64,000 nt of DNA from the human T2T-CHM13v2.0 reference genome, Homo sapiens: NCBI RefSeq assembly GCF_009914755.1, contig NC_060928.1; one strand, 5' to 3'. Both the position numbers and the translations under genes were made by a program. Positions within the stretch are counted from its first letter, which is position 1. Every line of letters begins with the position of its first letter. Positions 47,811 through 61,387 of the stretch are shown here, one piece after another. The notes beneath the pieces were generated by a model. It did not search any database, was not told where the DNA came from, and saw nothing but the letters and a program-made list of their open reading frames with translations.

Positions 47811-49664
47811 AGAACTGCTGCACATCAGAGAAGAGGGTAGGGCAGGTATCATTAGCTTCCTTTGGCAGGTGAGGGCAGATTCTCGGAGGGCTGAGCATCC
47901 TGCCCAAAGTCACACACTTAGCAACTCTGAAGTACTTCTGGGCTTTGATGGAGTTTATTTCTCACTCACATATAATTCAGGGGGGATTATTACCAAGATA
48001 ATCATGATCTCCCCACCAAGTCCCTTAGTACACCCATTAGGCACAGAATCTAGGTTAAGCTAAGCACAAGGGACTGGCCCCATATGTCCCTTGGCCTTTT
48101 CCTGGTGGCTAGGTAGCTTTGTGTCCCATAGCAGAGTCATTCCTGAAGAGCCTTAGGACATCTCAAAGTTAGTGACTCTCACTTTTCTCCTACCAGGTCC
48201 CACTGGGCTCCCAGCCTCGAACAAGATCTGCCTACTTTCAGAGGCCCCAGGCTCAAGACTGACAAGTGAATGGTAATGTGATTCCCTGGCACTGAATTTT
48301 TTTTGAGAGGGTAAAACCGTAAGCGTATAGAGTAAATAAATGTTAAGGAAGAAAACCACAGATATTAATATGAAACATGTTATACATTATTACATGGCAA
48401 TAATAACCCTTTACTCACAGAATATCTGGGTTTTATGTGTTCTTTAAGTACTTGAAGCTTATTTATACAATGCAGAGCTATAAATGTTTTGAAAAATAAA
48501 ATTTTCTAAGAGCAGGTGTAATTCCAACAGCTCAAGTGCCAACCCTCAATAAATGTCAATAGAATGATTGGAGGCTTACTAATAATAGTGATAAAAAGAT
48601 TTTGCAAAATATCCATTGAAATCTTAAATTAGGTAAAATTCCCATGCCAAATATTTCATACCAATTAATCATCAATGGCTTTGTTTTGATTTTTATCAGT
48701 AATACTACGTCTCCTTAACAGCAAAAACTCAAGCAAGATATTCTCAATATTGTCCAAAGAGAACTTGCTTTTAAGCATTTTTACATTATCTTTGACTCCA
48801 ACTAAAGTGCAAAATTATTGAGGCTCCCTTGTCATTTTACCCCTTTCCATTAACAGTGAAGTGCTCAGCACCATTTTTTTTTTTTGACATTAAAAGCCCA
48901 GGGAGTTCCCAGACAGTGTAAATAAAGGGAAACATACTGATATAGTAAACAATATGCAAAATGTACCATGTTAGGTTACTTGCAAAATAAATTTATTCTA
49001 ATGGGTTTGTTCCTAGACCATTCTGCAAGTGTATGTGTGTCTACACAGTGTGTGTGTGCATCACAATGACAATTTCTCTGTAAAGTATTGAAAATATATA
49101 TTGTATAGTGATTACTCATGTCTCTTCATGAACTATAAATAAATTTGGAGCTAAGAAACAGGTCAAGGTTACACAAACTGATGTGGCAGTCCAGCATATA
49201 CAGAAGTATTTGCATGTTATGGAGGTAATGTGCAAATGCATTCATATTGCTAAAAAGCTAAACTTTACAGACTTATACATTGTAAAATATCAAAGTCCGT
49301 CTTGTAAATGGCCTCTCCCATTCTTCCCAATGATCAATACCTTTCCTTCATTTTAGGGAATTATGCAAGTTTGTCATTCATTCTTTCAGTCCCCTTTGTT
49401 ATACATTAATAAATGTATCTATATAATAGATAATATGCAAATCAACATACCTAATTAACACTTTTATTCTACCATGTTATCCTTTGTTTCTTAAATATAT
49501 ACATTTCATACCACAAGCAATTAATACATTTACATTTATTCATTTTATTCTATGGAACATAACCATAGGCATTTCTCATATTATTTAATATTCTTCAAAA
49601 ATATTAAGATATTTGCCATATATTATACCTATTTTTGGACATTATATTGTTTTAAAAATTTTGC

Positions 49665-49997
<333 letters not shown>

Positions 49998-52262
49998 CTA
50001 AATTTGAGATTAGCACTTTGGCATTGATTTGAAAAAAACTTGGGACTTTTTATGCAGATTGACAAATTGTTTTTCAGATAGGATACATCAGTTTGCATTT
50101 CCATTGCTAATTATATGAATGGCCATCTCTCATATTTTTGTTATCATTATCATTATTGTTAATATTTGATCAATTGATTAGTGAATACTATTTTTCAAAG
50201 AATGAAATACTCGATTTTTTATTTCCTTTATTAGTGCTAAGGCTGAACATTTTGAGTTAATTAACTAGCCATTTCATTTTGTTAATTTTCTAAAACAAAA
50301 CTGATCTAATTTATTCATTTTAAAATTTATGTCATTATATTTCTTATAAACCTACCTGTATTGCTATTTCTATATAAAATACATTAATTTTGTGAATAAT
50401 TGTTCCTAGTAGTCCAACATTATTCCAACATTATTTGGCATATAGTTTTGATTATGATGATTATGACTTGCAAATGTTTTTAATTCTTCTCTGTTAAAAT
50501 CTTCATTATTTTCCATTGTTTGCTTTTAATCTTAGAAAGCAATTGTTACCTTATGGAATATTTATTTATTTACCTATATTTTATTATAACATATTACCTG
50601 TACTCTATCTGTAATTTATTTTGTTGTATTTTAAGTTTCATTTGTTTTGTTAATTTTCAGTTTCATTTTTATATAGCCAGGTTTCACATTTTTAATACAA
50701 TAATTCATATTTTCTTCTGAAGTTTTTTATTGTACTTTAAATTATTACATAATTAAATAAATGAAAGAGCCCAGAGGAACCCTTCAGAAACCTTTCTATT
50801 CACCCATTCTAAAACCGATATTGGTTCTTTACTACATTTTCCTTTTATTTTTAACAATGTTATTCCAGTAAACTAATATACAAGAAATTGTACATATCTG
50901 AAGTGTATAATTTGATATGTTTTGGCATATTTAAACATCCGGGAAACCTTGAACACAATCAAGGTAATAAATGTATTAATCACCCCCAAAAGTTTCATTA
51001 TGTACTATGCACTCCTCTCACTAATCCCTTTGGCCACGCCTCCACACTTGCCCAGGGAGCCACTGCTCTGCCTTCTGTCACTGTAGATTGCTTCATATTT
51101 TCTTGAAATTATATAATTTGAACCATAGGGTATGATATTTTTCTTTGTGTGGCTTCTATTATTTCAAATTATTTTGAGATTCATCCATGTTGTAGTATGG
51201 ATCAGTAAATCACACCTTTGTATTACTGAATGATTTCCAATCATTTTAATTCTGAGGAATACTGTTTGCCCACTCATTTGTTTATTAATATTTGGGTTGT
51301 TTCCAGTTAAGGGCTATCATAAGGTTGCTATGAGCATTTACATACAAATGCTTAGCCTTCTTAATTTTTGTCATTCTAATATGTGTGTAGTGGTATTTCA
51401 TTACGTATTTAATTTGCATTTCCTAAGGACTGATCATACTTGCATATTTTCATGTGCAGATTTGCTGACCATGTATCTTTTTAGTGAAGAATAGTATGCT
51501 AAAATCTATTCTCCATTTTTAATGGTCTATTTAGTGGATTTTTTATTGAGTTTTGATCATTCATCTATTCTGATACAAACACTTTAACAGACATGGTTAA
51601 CAAATATTTTCTCTCAGTCTGTGACTTGCCTTTTTATTCTTTTAACATTGTGTTTTAAATAGCAGTTTTTTTATTTTGATGATGTCTAATTTTTCAATTT
51701 GATTGTTTAGGAATAATGCTTTTGATGTTTAAGTTAAGCAATGTTTGCCTAAACCAAAGTTACAATGATTTTTTGCTAAAAGATTTGTATCTTAGGTTTT
51801 CATGTAGGTACACGATACACTGTATTTAATTTTTGTATATGGCCTATAAGTACATACTAAAGTTCATTTTTACATATGAGTATACAACTATTCCAGGATT
51901 ATTTGTTGAAAAACTATACTTTGTCCACTGAATTACTTTTGCACCTTTGTCAAAAATCTGTAGTTCATGTATATTTAATTCTATTTATAGATTCTCTAAT
52001 CTGTTCTACTAACCAATACCATGTTGATGATATCACATTGTCTCCATTGCTATAACTTTATAACATTTGAAATAGAGACTTATAACTTTGCCATTTTTTT
52101 CTCAGTTGTTTTGATTATTTTGGGTCTTTAGCATTTCCATATATATTTTAGCATTATCTTACCAATTTGTACAAAAAGTCTGTTGGGGTTTTGATTATGA
52201 TTGTGTTGAAACCACAGATCAATTAGGGGAGATCTGATAGCTTAAGAATATTGAATCTTTCT

Positions 52263-52573
<311 letters not shown>

Positions 52574-53805
52574 CTACCAATGAACCAATGAGCAGGGTAT
52601 AATTTTTTATAATTTAAGGTGTTTTCTACAAGTCAAGTTTGTTGATCATGCTCTTCATATCATTGATATAATCATTAATTTTATATTTATTTCACCAATT
52701 ATTGAGAGAGAGGTGTGAAATCTCCCACTGTGAGTATAGAGTTAATTATTTCTCCTTTAATTCTATTACTTAGTATTATATACATTATGGCTTTGTTATT
52801 AGGGGTATAAATATTTAGGAATATATTCTCTTCTTGAATGGACCTCATTATTATGAAATGACCTTGTTTAACCTGGCATTATTCTTTGCTCTGAAATTCT
52901 CTTTCCCATATTAACTTAGCTTCTTTAGTGTTTCTTGTTTAGTGTTAGCCAGACATATTATTTTTCATCCTTTTATTCTTATTTTTACTTATCTTTTCCT
53001 TTATTTTTAAAGTGTGTTTATTTGTAGGCATCATGTTGTTGGGCTGTCCTTTTTAATCCAACCTGACAACCTATTTATTAATTGTGTTATAAAGACTATG
53101 TACTTTTAATGTGATAATTAATCATGTTAGCTTTAAATATAGTAACTTGTAGTATTTGGATAGTATACTATAGCATTTGTTTTAAGTATATCCTATTTTC
53201 TGTCTGTTCACTTTGTCCTTCCTTCCTTCTTTTTAATCCAAAATTTTTCATTATTACATTGTAGCTATGTTGGCTTGAGTAGACTGTAACATTTTGTTTT
53301 GTTATTTTACTGGTTTATTAAGCTTTACATCTTTACCTTATTGTTCTCTACATTAAAGAGATATTCTACTTTACATAAAATAATGATAGCATCAATACTA
53401 TGTTATTCTATTTGGTACTTATTATTCTCAATATTAGTGTCATTGCTGTCATACAGTATATTTTTACATGTGGTAGAAATTCTACAGATCAGTATTTGTA
53501 AACACTCAATTACCATTGAAGTGACTTAAATAAAAATAAAAGTATCCAATACATTTAACTGTGTAGGTATGCTGTCTTTGCTCTCTATTCCTTTGTGCAT
53601 CCATGCTCCCATCCAGTATCATTTTTTCTCCCTCATAAAGAGTTTCCTTTAATATTTCATATAGCGTGGGTCTCCGGGTGTTGAACTTTCTTCAGCTTTT
53701 GTTTGTCTACAATGCCTTTTAACTTTTATTTTGTAAAGATATCTTCTCTGGTATAGAATTCTAGGTTGAATTTTTCTTTTACCAGGATTTAAAAGATATA
53801 GGTCC

Positions 53806-55114
53806 GGGCGTGTGCTGCAGTGTCTTAGCATGCTGGAGTGGTTGGGGTGAGAAGAACCATGAGAAGCCAAGTAAATCCACTAGAGGAAAAACCCCAGAAC
53901 TGAAGTTACAGAAAATGAATTACAGCAGCACAATGGCAGCTAGATTATTTTTGCTTTTGTCTCCAGTTTGTATCAGCAGAGTCTAATATTCAATTAAATA
54001 TACAGTTTACTTTACTGTTCTAATTGTACTGAGATCCCAAAGGTAAACGACCCCCATCCTTCCAGACAGCAGCAGGGCTGCATGAAGACTGACAGACCCC
54101 CGGCCCCCACATTCCTTGTCCTTCTTAGAGGCTAAAAGCCTATTTTGTCCCTGGTCATGGAATAGCCCAGTTTAGCCTCTTGTCAGTGAAAGCCATCAGT
54201 CCCATGTACGTCTCCATGAGGAGGAGACCTCCAAGACCACCACACCATTTGCTTGACTTGTGTAGGCTGCTGAATACAGGGAGGTACCCAGTATCTCGAA
54301 TGCCTGCGGTCGCAAATATATTTACATTTGGTGTCAGATTTTGTATTTTAAAACTTAATCAATTTTTTTAAAGATCATTCAAAAGCAGCCAGGAGACTAG
54401 TTCACTAAGATCAGACTGCGTCTACAGCTCCCGAGTGAATCGCTGTTCTTTTGTAAAGGTGTGTTTGACCTAAAGTCACACTTTTTCTAAAATTAATCCA
54501 GTTAATACTTGAAGTATCTTTCCAAACCCAAGAAGGTTTACAGAAAGTCACCTTGACAGTTCTTTGCACACAATGTCGACAACTATATGTATTCTAAGTT
54601 TGTATTGTATTTATCTTTCAAAGGCAAAGGGGTAGTTTGCTTTTTGGAGAAGGCACTTTTATAAAGGAACCATGTCAGATCCTCATGAGGCAGCTGACGC
54701 CTGCCTTGCTTCCTACAGCTCCCACGTAGATGTGGGGCTCTGTCCAAGTCTGGCGTTAAACGTGCCCGAGCTTCTGGCGTTAAACATGCCCTGGAGGATT
54801 TCCGCACGGATATCACGCACCTCCCTGCAACCGTACAAACTGCGTGCTTACTGACTGGAAGCTTTGTCAACACGCTTGACCTGCTGGCTCGCCAGTTCTT
54901 TCTTTCTCCTTAGGACTGTTTTAACTTTAAGCAAACAGCGTGGTGTTGTCCCAGTGCGGCCGGTCGCCTGCGGGATGCTCAGGGCTGCCTCAGAAACCCG
55001 CCAAGGACTTCAGCCTTTGTGTTTATAAAGACATTTAGAACCAGATAGATGCTTCTCTTTTGAAGTTCTTATTAAAGTAGGTGCAACAACCAACAAATTA
55101 ATAATAATAATAAT
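53806..55114 (+). pseudogene. L1-mediated retrocopy of a non-repeat transcript (3'UTR-like processed pseudogene or orphan transduction); source gene unidentified
   Basis: 15-bp TSD aaaagatatagg(t/a)cc at 53791-53805 and 55115-55129; ttt|aaaa endonuclease site; ATTAAA at 55071-55076 followed by a decayed A-tail; CpG-rich relative to the flanks; interrupts an L1. Confidence 0.88.
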
Positions 55115-56487
55115 AAAAGATATAGGACCACTGTCTTCTAGTTTGCATTGTTTTGAATAAGGAATATAATACCACCTTTATACTTTTTCCTGTCTGTGAC
55201 TTGTCTATTTTCAATAATTGGTTTAAGAGTTTCATTTAGCATTGATTTTGGGCAATTTGATTATGGTGTACATATACTAGCGCTCTTAATGATTTGTGTG
55301 TATGTTTGTGTGTGTGCACATGGGTGGGTTAAGTTTCTTGGGTGTTTAAGTTAATATTTTTATCGACTTGAGAATGGCTCACGAATTTTAAAAATATATA
55401 TATTTTTATTTTTTTCTTCTTTAGGACTGCAATTATATGTATTTTAGGTTGCCTCATTTGACTGCAATTATATATATTTTAGGTTGCTTCATTTGTCCAC
55501 AGCTCACTTGTATTCAGTTGATTTTGTTTTTGTTTTTGTTTTCTCTTTTTTCTCCCAATTCCATCTTAGAGAACTTCTACCACTCTGTCTTTGAGTTCAC
55601 TAAGTTTTTATCCGCAATGTTTATTCTGTCAATAATTTTATCCAATGTATTTTTAAATTACACATTGTAAATTTTATCTCTAGAAGTTCAATCTGAGTTT
55701 TTTTATATCTAATATGTCTCCACTTATCTTTTAAACATACAGAATACATTTAAAATAAATATTTCTATATGCTTATCTGCCAATTTCTTATGTGCATCTG
55801 AGTCATATCAAGATCAATTTTTAATTTATTTTCCTAATTATGGTTCATAATTTTTCTACCGGTTTTTATTTCTGGCGATATTTTAATAGATGCCAAACAT
55901 TGTAAATTGTACCTTGCTATGGCACTGAATATTTTTGCTTGTATGAATGCATTTTAGTGTTATTTTTGTACACGGCATAGTATCTTGGAAACAGTTTGAT
56001 CCTTTGCAGTTGTTTTAAAATTCGTTAGGTAGTACCTGAACAGTTCTCAGTCGCGGATTAATTATTACCCATCATTGATGCAAGACCCTTTGGCGAGAGG
56101 CCCTTCTTTAAAACAAGACACAGTGCCCCAGGAATCACAACCTTTCTCTTGTCTCATTGGTGGCAACAGGCACTGTTCCTGGCTCTCTAGTCTTTTCAGG
56201 TCTCTTTTTTTCCGCCACAGCCTCAGGTCATTTGCTCACATTCATGTGCTCATCTGCTGAAAACTCAAGCAGAACTGTGTTCCATCGTCCAAAGCTCTCT
56301 CTTTCTCTGTGTGCAACTTTCTCCTCCCAGTATTCCATAATGTAAACTAGCTATCTTAGACTCCCCAGATTCTCGATTCTATCTCCTCAATTTACAGAGG
56401 CTACAAGTCTCCTCCAGGGCCTTGAATCTCTGCGCTGTATCCGGGAAACATCCATGGCAATAAGAACAAAAAATAGTAGGGCTCAAC

Positions 56488-56548
56488 AGGCCTTCCCAGC
56501 CATGCTGAACTGTGAGTCAATTAAACCTCTTTCCTTTATAAGTTACCC
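56488..56548 (+). mobile_element. Isolated about 60-bp THE1/MST LTR fragment
   Basis: aggccttcccagccatgctgaactgtgagtcaattaaacctctttcctttataagttaccc closely matches the LTR 3' portion at 22275-22335 and 32340-32400. Confidence 0.85.
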
Positions 56549-56937
56549 TGAGATATAATAGTATTTTTTGGAATTGTTTGCATTAAGAATGTCATAATGA
56601 ATTGTGACGAAATCTGATTCGATGAAATCGAATTCTAATTGTAACACCAGACCACTGATTTTATCTGGGAAGCTAAAAATTACCATTACTCACCAAGAGT
56701 CAGTCCTCATAGAGGATCTTTTCCATAAAGTATGTTTGTTGTTGCATGCATCAATTTCAAGGGATTAAAGTATATTTTACCTACAAGAGGTGAGTTCCTC
56801 GACAGCAGAGATCTTGCTTTAATCAACCCAGCTTGTGGAGTGGCCAGCAGGTTGCTTGGCATATAGCAGGACCTCAGTACATCTCGCATAATAAATGAAG
56901 CTCTCAGAGCTTGCACTCCACAATGTACATTGAATGA

Positions 56938-57562
<625 letters not shown>

Positions 57563-58739
57563 AATGTACCTTGAACTTCAAGTCACTAATCTGGCCCAAA
57601 GGACAAAAATCAATAGAAGCTCTTTCATATTAAAAGTGCTATGCTAGGTGACAGAATTTATTGAGAAACATGAAGGACGTATGAGCCACCCAGCTCATAG
57701 GAAAAACAATCACAGTAAAATGAAAAATAATTTAAGGTACAATAAATATGATTCTTTATGAATACTGATGAAATTTCCCTTCCCACCTGTTTTATATTGT
57801 TTTAGGATTTACAGTAACCTCTTTATGTTTAGAGAAAAAAATAATACATGATTGGATTCCAGAATTGCAATTGTCTGTTGAAAGTTTAACATCATTGTCT
57901 TGAATCCCCTTAGAAATTCAACACCTAATTATTTATGGCATAGAAATGCCATAAATAAAAATCTGGGTGTATTCCATAACAGTTCATAACAAGAAACTTA
58001 AAAAAGAGAACATAAAACTTCAAATTATTCTGTTGATACTTTCAAGAGTGGTATGTGTCTTTCTCCTATAAATTGAAGTAGCTATACTATTAGCTCAGCA
58101 ATTTAGAATTTAATGTAAAAAACAAGATTTGTATCTCTTTCACCATATAAAATTATGTTGTAACAATTCTGAGTGTGAAAATCAGTGCCTATATGTATGT
58201 TTCTTTAACTGTAAAAGTCTATGAATCCCTTTCTTTACTTAGCAGGTTCATCATTTCTCAAGCCATGTTATCTACGCATTATTAGTCTGATGGCCAGGTG
58301 AGGAGTTAGGGATAAATCCTCAGGGAGGTGTACGCTGCTTTCTAAGGCAAATACCTCTCCATTGTCTTTAAAGAAATGGAAAGTGTCAGACATGAATAGG
58401 AAGAAGTGGACCACTTCTGCAAGCCCAGAGGGTTCAGGAGAATATTGGATTTTAAGGTTCTTAAATGCATTGTCTCAGAGATCCTTACTCTGGATATCCC
58501 TCTGTTCCTGATCTTTGTCTATCCGACTTCCTGAGGTTGAGAATGTAATCTTGTCAGGAGTTCTTTTATTCTTATAACTAATTCCTTGGCCTGACGCTCT
58601 GCTATATCTACCTTTTGGCTGTATGAAATGGGTATATATTAACATGCCACCAAAGAGGCTCCCTACTTTTACATTTTGTTTCAATTTGGCAATTATTAAT
58701 AATACTCAAGCTTTTATTTTATTAATATACTCAACAAGA

Positions 58740-59690
58740 TGCATTAGATTTAACCAGCTCTGTAAGATAATTTCTCCAGAATCACTAAAGCAGATTAGCC
58801 TCAGATGACTAGGCAAATGAGTGTGTTTTATTCCATTTCTTACAAGAAGGAGACTTAGAACTATATCACATGTTCATGTGATGGAAAAGAATACACAGAT
58901 ATGCTCTTACCCCACAATGTTAATTCCTCCACCTTTATTATAATATAGCTGAAAGCTCCTGGAGAGACTAACATTCTGAAAAATAAGATATTGTTCCACT
59001 GAATCAATGACATCACATTAAGTGAACTGGATGAGCAACAAATGACAAGTGTGTTGGAGGCCTTCCTAACATTTATGTACTCCATATGGTAGGCAATAAA
59101 CTCAAAGATTCAGGGTCCTGACATGTCAGTAAATACTTTAGGGATATACTGGGCTGGGAAGACTGGAGCATCCACTATAAAATAAAGAACAAATTGTTGC
59201 ATCTTATACCTCCCATTATCAGGAAAGAAACACAGTGCCTGTAAGATTCTTTGGGTTCTTGAGGCATCATTCTAACACTTGGCAATGCTGCTACACCCAT
59301 TTTCCCTGTGACATGGAGGTCTGCCAGTTCTGAATGGGCCCCAGAGCAGGAAAAGGCTCTTGCAGCAGGTCCAGACTGCAGCACAAGCAGCTCTGCCACT
59401 TGAGCCATAGGACCCAGCAGACACAGTAGGACTAAATGCATTTGTAGTCAGAAAAGATGTTGTGTAACATTTATAACAAACCACAATAAGAGAATTATAA
59501 TGGATCCCTCTAGGGTTCCAAGGCAAGGCCATGCCATTTGCATCAGAGTTATCCACCATTCAAAAAACAGCCACTGGTGTCCTGCTAGGCCTTAAGAGAC
59601 ATAACACCTGACCACAGAAGAACACGTGATAGAGGACTTTGGCCAGTGAGACTATCAGACCCTAGCATACACTACTCTTTCAATCCTGAG
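58740..59690 (+). mobile_element. ERV-L class internal pol (RT/connection) remnant
   Basis: Degenerate frames read aagattcagggtcct (KIQGP), aacaaattgttgcatctt (NKLLHL), gaatgggcc...gagcaggaaaaggct (EW..EQEKA), gcagctctgccactt...gacccagcagac (AALPL..DPAD), as in HERV-L pol; many stops and frameshifts. Confidence 0.8.
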
Positions 59691-59879
59691 TATTGCAATT
59701 AAAAATATAGTTGCTACTATTTTAGGCAAATCATAGTAGCTATTTTTATTTAATTTTTTTTTACCTTTTAATAATCTTGAAAATTTATTTAAAATTTGAA
59801 AATTTAAATGTTCTGAATATGTATGTTTATGTATGTATATGTAAATATATGTATATATATGTATGTATTTCACGTTTTG

Positions 59880-60640
59880 GAAAGCTTATGATTAATTCTT
59901 TCACTGATATGTCTATTGTTTTACTGCTTTTTATACATTAAGAATATTTGCTTTTAAGAATATTAACAAATATAAATAAAATTAACATTTATTCCATTTC
60001 CCACCTACAGTGTGCCATTTGACTTGTAGTTTTATTTATAGCATTTTGGGGCACAGGAAATTGTCCTTATTCAATGTTTAGAAAGTAAGTTTATTATCCT
60101 TTTATTCTGTGTCTTCCTTTGATGTCAGTACACTAATTTAAGATACCAAGTTATTCAGTAAAAAATTTTACTTTAAGAAAAATTCTACTCATAATACATA
60201 TAGAAAATTGATAGTGATGGGGAACAAAATTTGAAATTTCCTATTCTTCAAACCTTAAAATCATCAATAAACATGTTTCAGCATATTTCTCCCCCACATT
60301 TTAATATGTATATTTTTCTGCATATTTTTAATAATGCCAAGTTTACAATTTTCTCTTTCACTTTTTTCCCTTAACATTTTCCCATTTCATTAGTGATGGC
60401 TGTCTACTACCCAACCAGGGACACTCACCATGACTATTGTTGTAAAATTGTCTTGCTTCTATTTTTTCCAATTATAATTAATGCCACAATAAACATCTTT
60501 GTATATAATCTTCCCTTATCCCAGGGAGTGGATTATTTCCACTGGACACATTCAGACAAAATGGGATTCTGAGTCAAAGGACATGAGGTACTGAAGAATA
60601 TTAATATATATTGCCAAATTTCTCTGGCAGTATTTCTTCC
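59880..60640 (-). mobile_element. L1ME fragments
   Basis: ttataattaatgccacaataaacatctttgtatata...gggattctgagtcaaaggacatg...tatattgccaaatt. Confidence 0.5.
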
Positions 60641-61209
60641 CCAATTATATGAGCCTTCAAACTGTTCCTAACAGCAGAATCCACTGCTCTTGGTGGTTGT
60701 TTTGCCCTTTGAGCCATAGACGTGCACACATATATGCACATATCCACAATCAACTCTTACCCTATTACCCATGTTTTAAGTGGAAATTATAATGACGTGT
60801 GCCTCTTTTAGCTATAGTTTAAGGTAAGGAAAAAGTAAATTGTGGCTTATGAGTTATTGATTGAAAGCAAGGTATCATTTGTCAAAGCAGTCATTGGCCT
60901 GAAATACCAGCAACTATACAAACACATATGCCCCAATCACAGGTTTTTTGCTCATGTTCTGTTATGGAAACACAAAGGCATATTGATTACATTCTGGAAT
61001 TAAAGCTCAACTTGATGGCTGCAAACATACCATTACCTATAATACATTTATTTTTGAGACTTGTTTAACTGTAGCAGCTAAGAAAATCAATGTGTGGGGG
61101 CCCAGCTAGACTGACCTTTATCAAACAAAATAACCTTTCATGTCTTTTTTTCCCCCTCCACTCTTCATGTAATTTTACTTCTGCTCCTCTATGGTCTCAT
61201 GATCTCATG

Positions 61210-61387
61210 GTACTTAGAAAAATCACACAAAAACTGTATTAGGTAGCTTGGAGTAAAGATGACTTGATTGAAACAGAGGGGAAAAGGGACATTTCCACGT
61301 ACTTAGAAAAATCACACAAAAACTGTATTAGGTAGCTTGGAGTAAAGATGACTTGATTGAAACAGAGGGAAAAAGGGACATTTCCAC
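61210..61387. repeat. 89-bp tandem duplication (2 copies, 1 mismatch)
   Basis: 61210-61298 and 61299-61387 are identical except gaggggaaaa vs gagggaaaaa. Confidence 0.97.

Noticed and set aside
61210-61387. Direct repeats (also 16262-16320 and 17726-17790) as a CRISPR-like array
   Set aside because: Only 2-3 adjacent copies, no unique spacers, no cas genes, and eukaryotic context.
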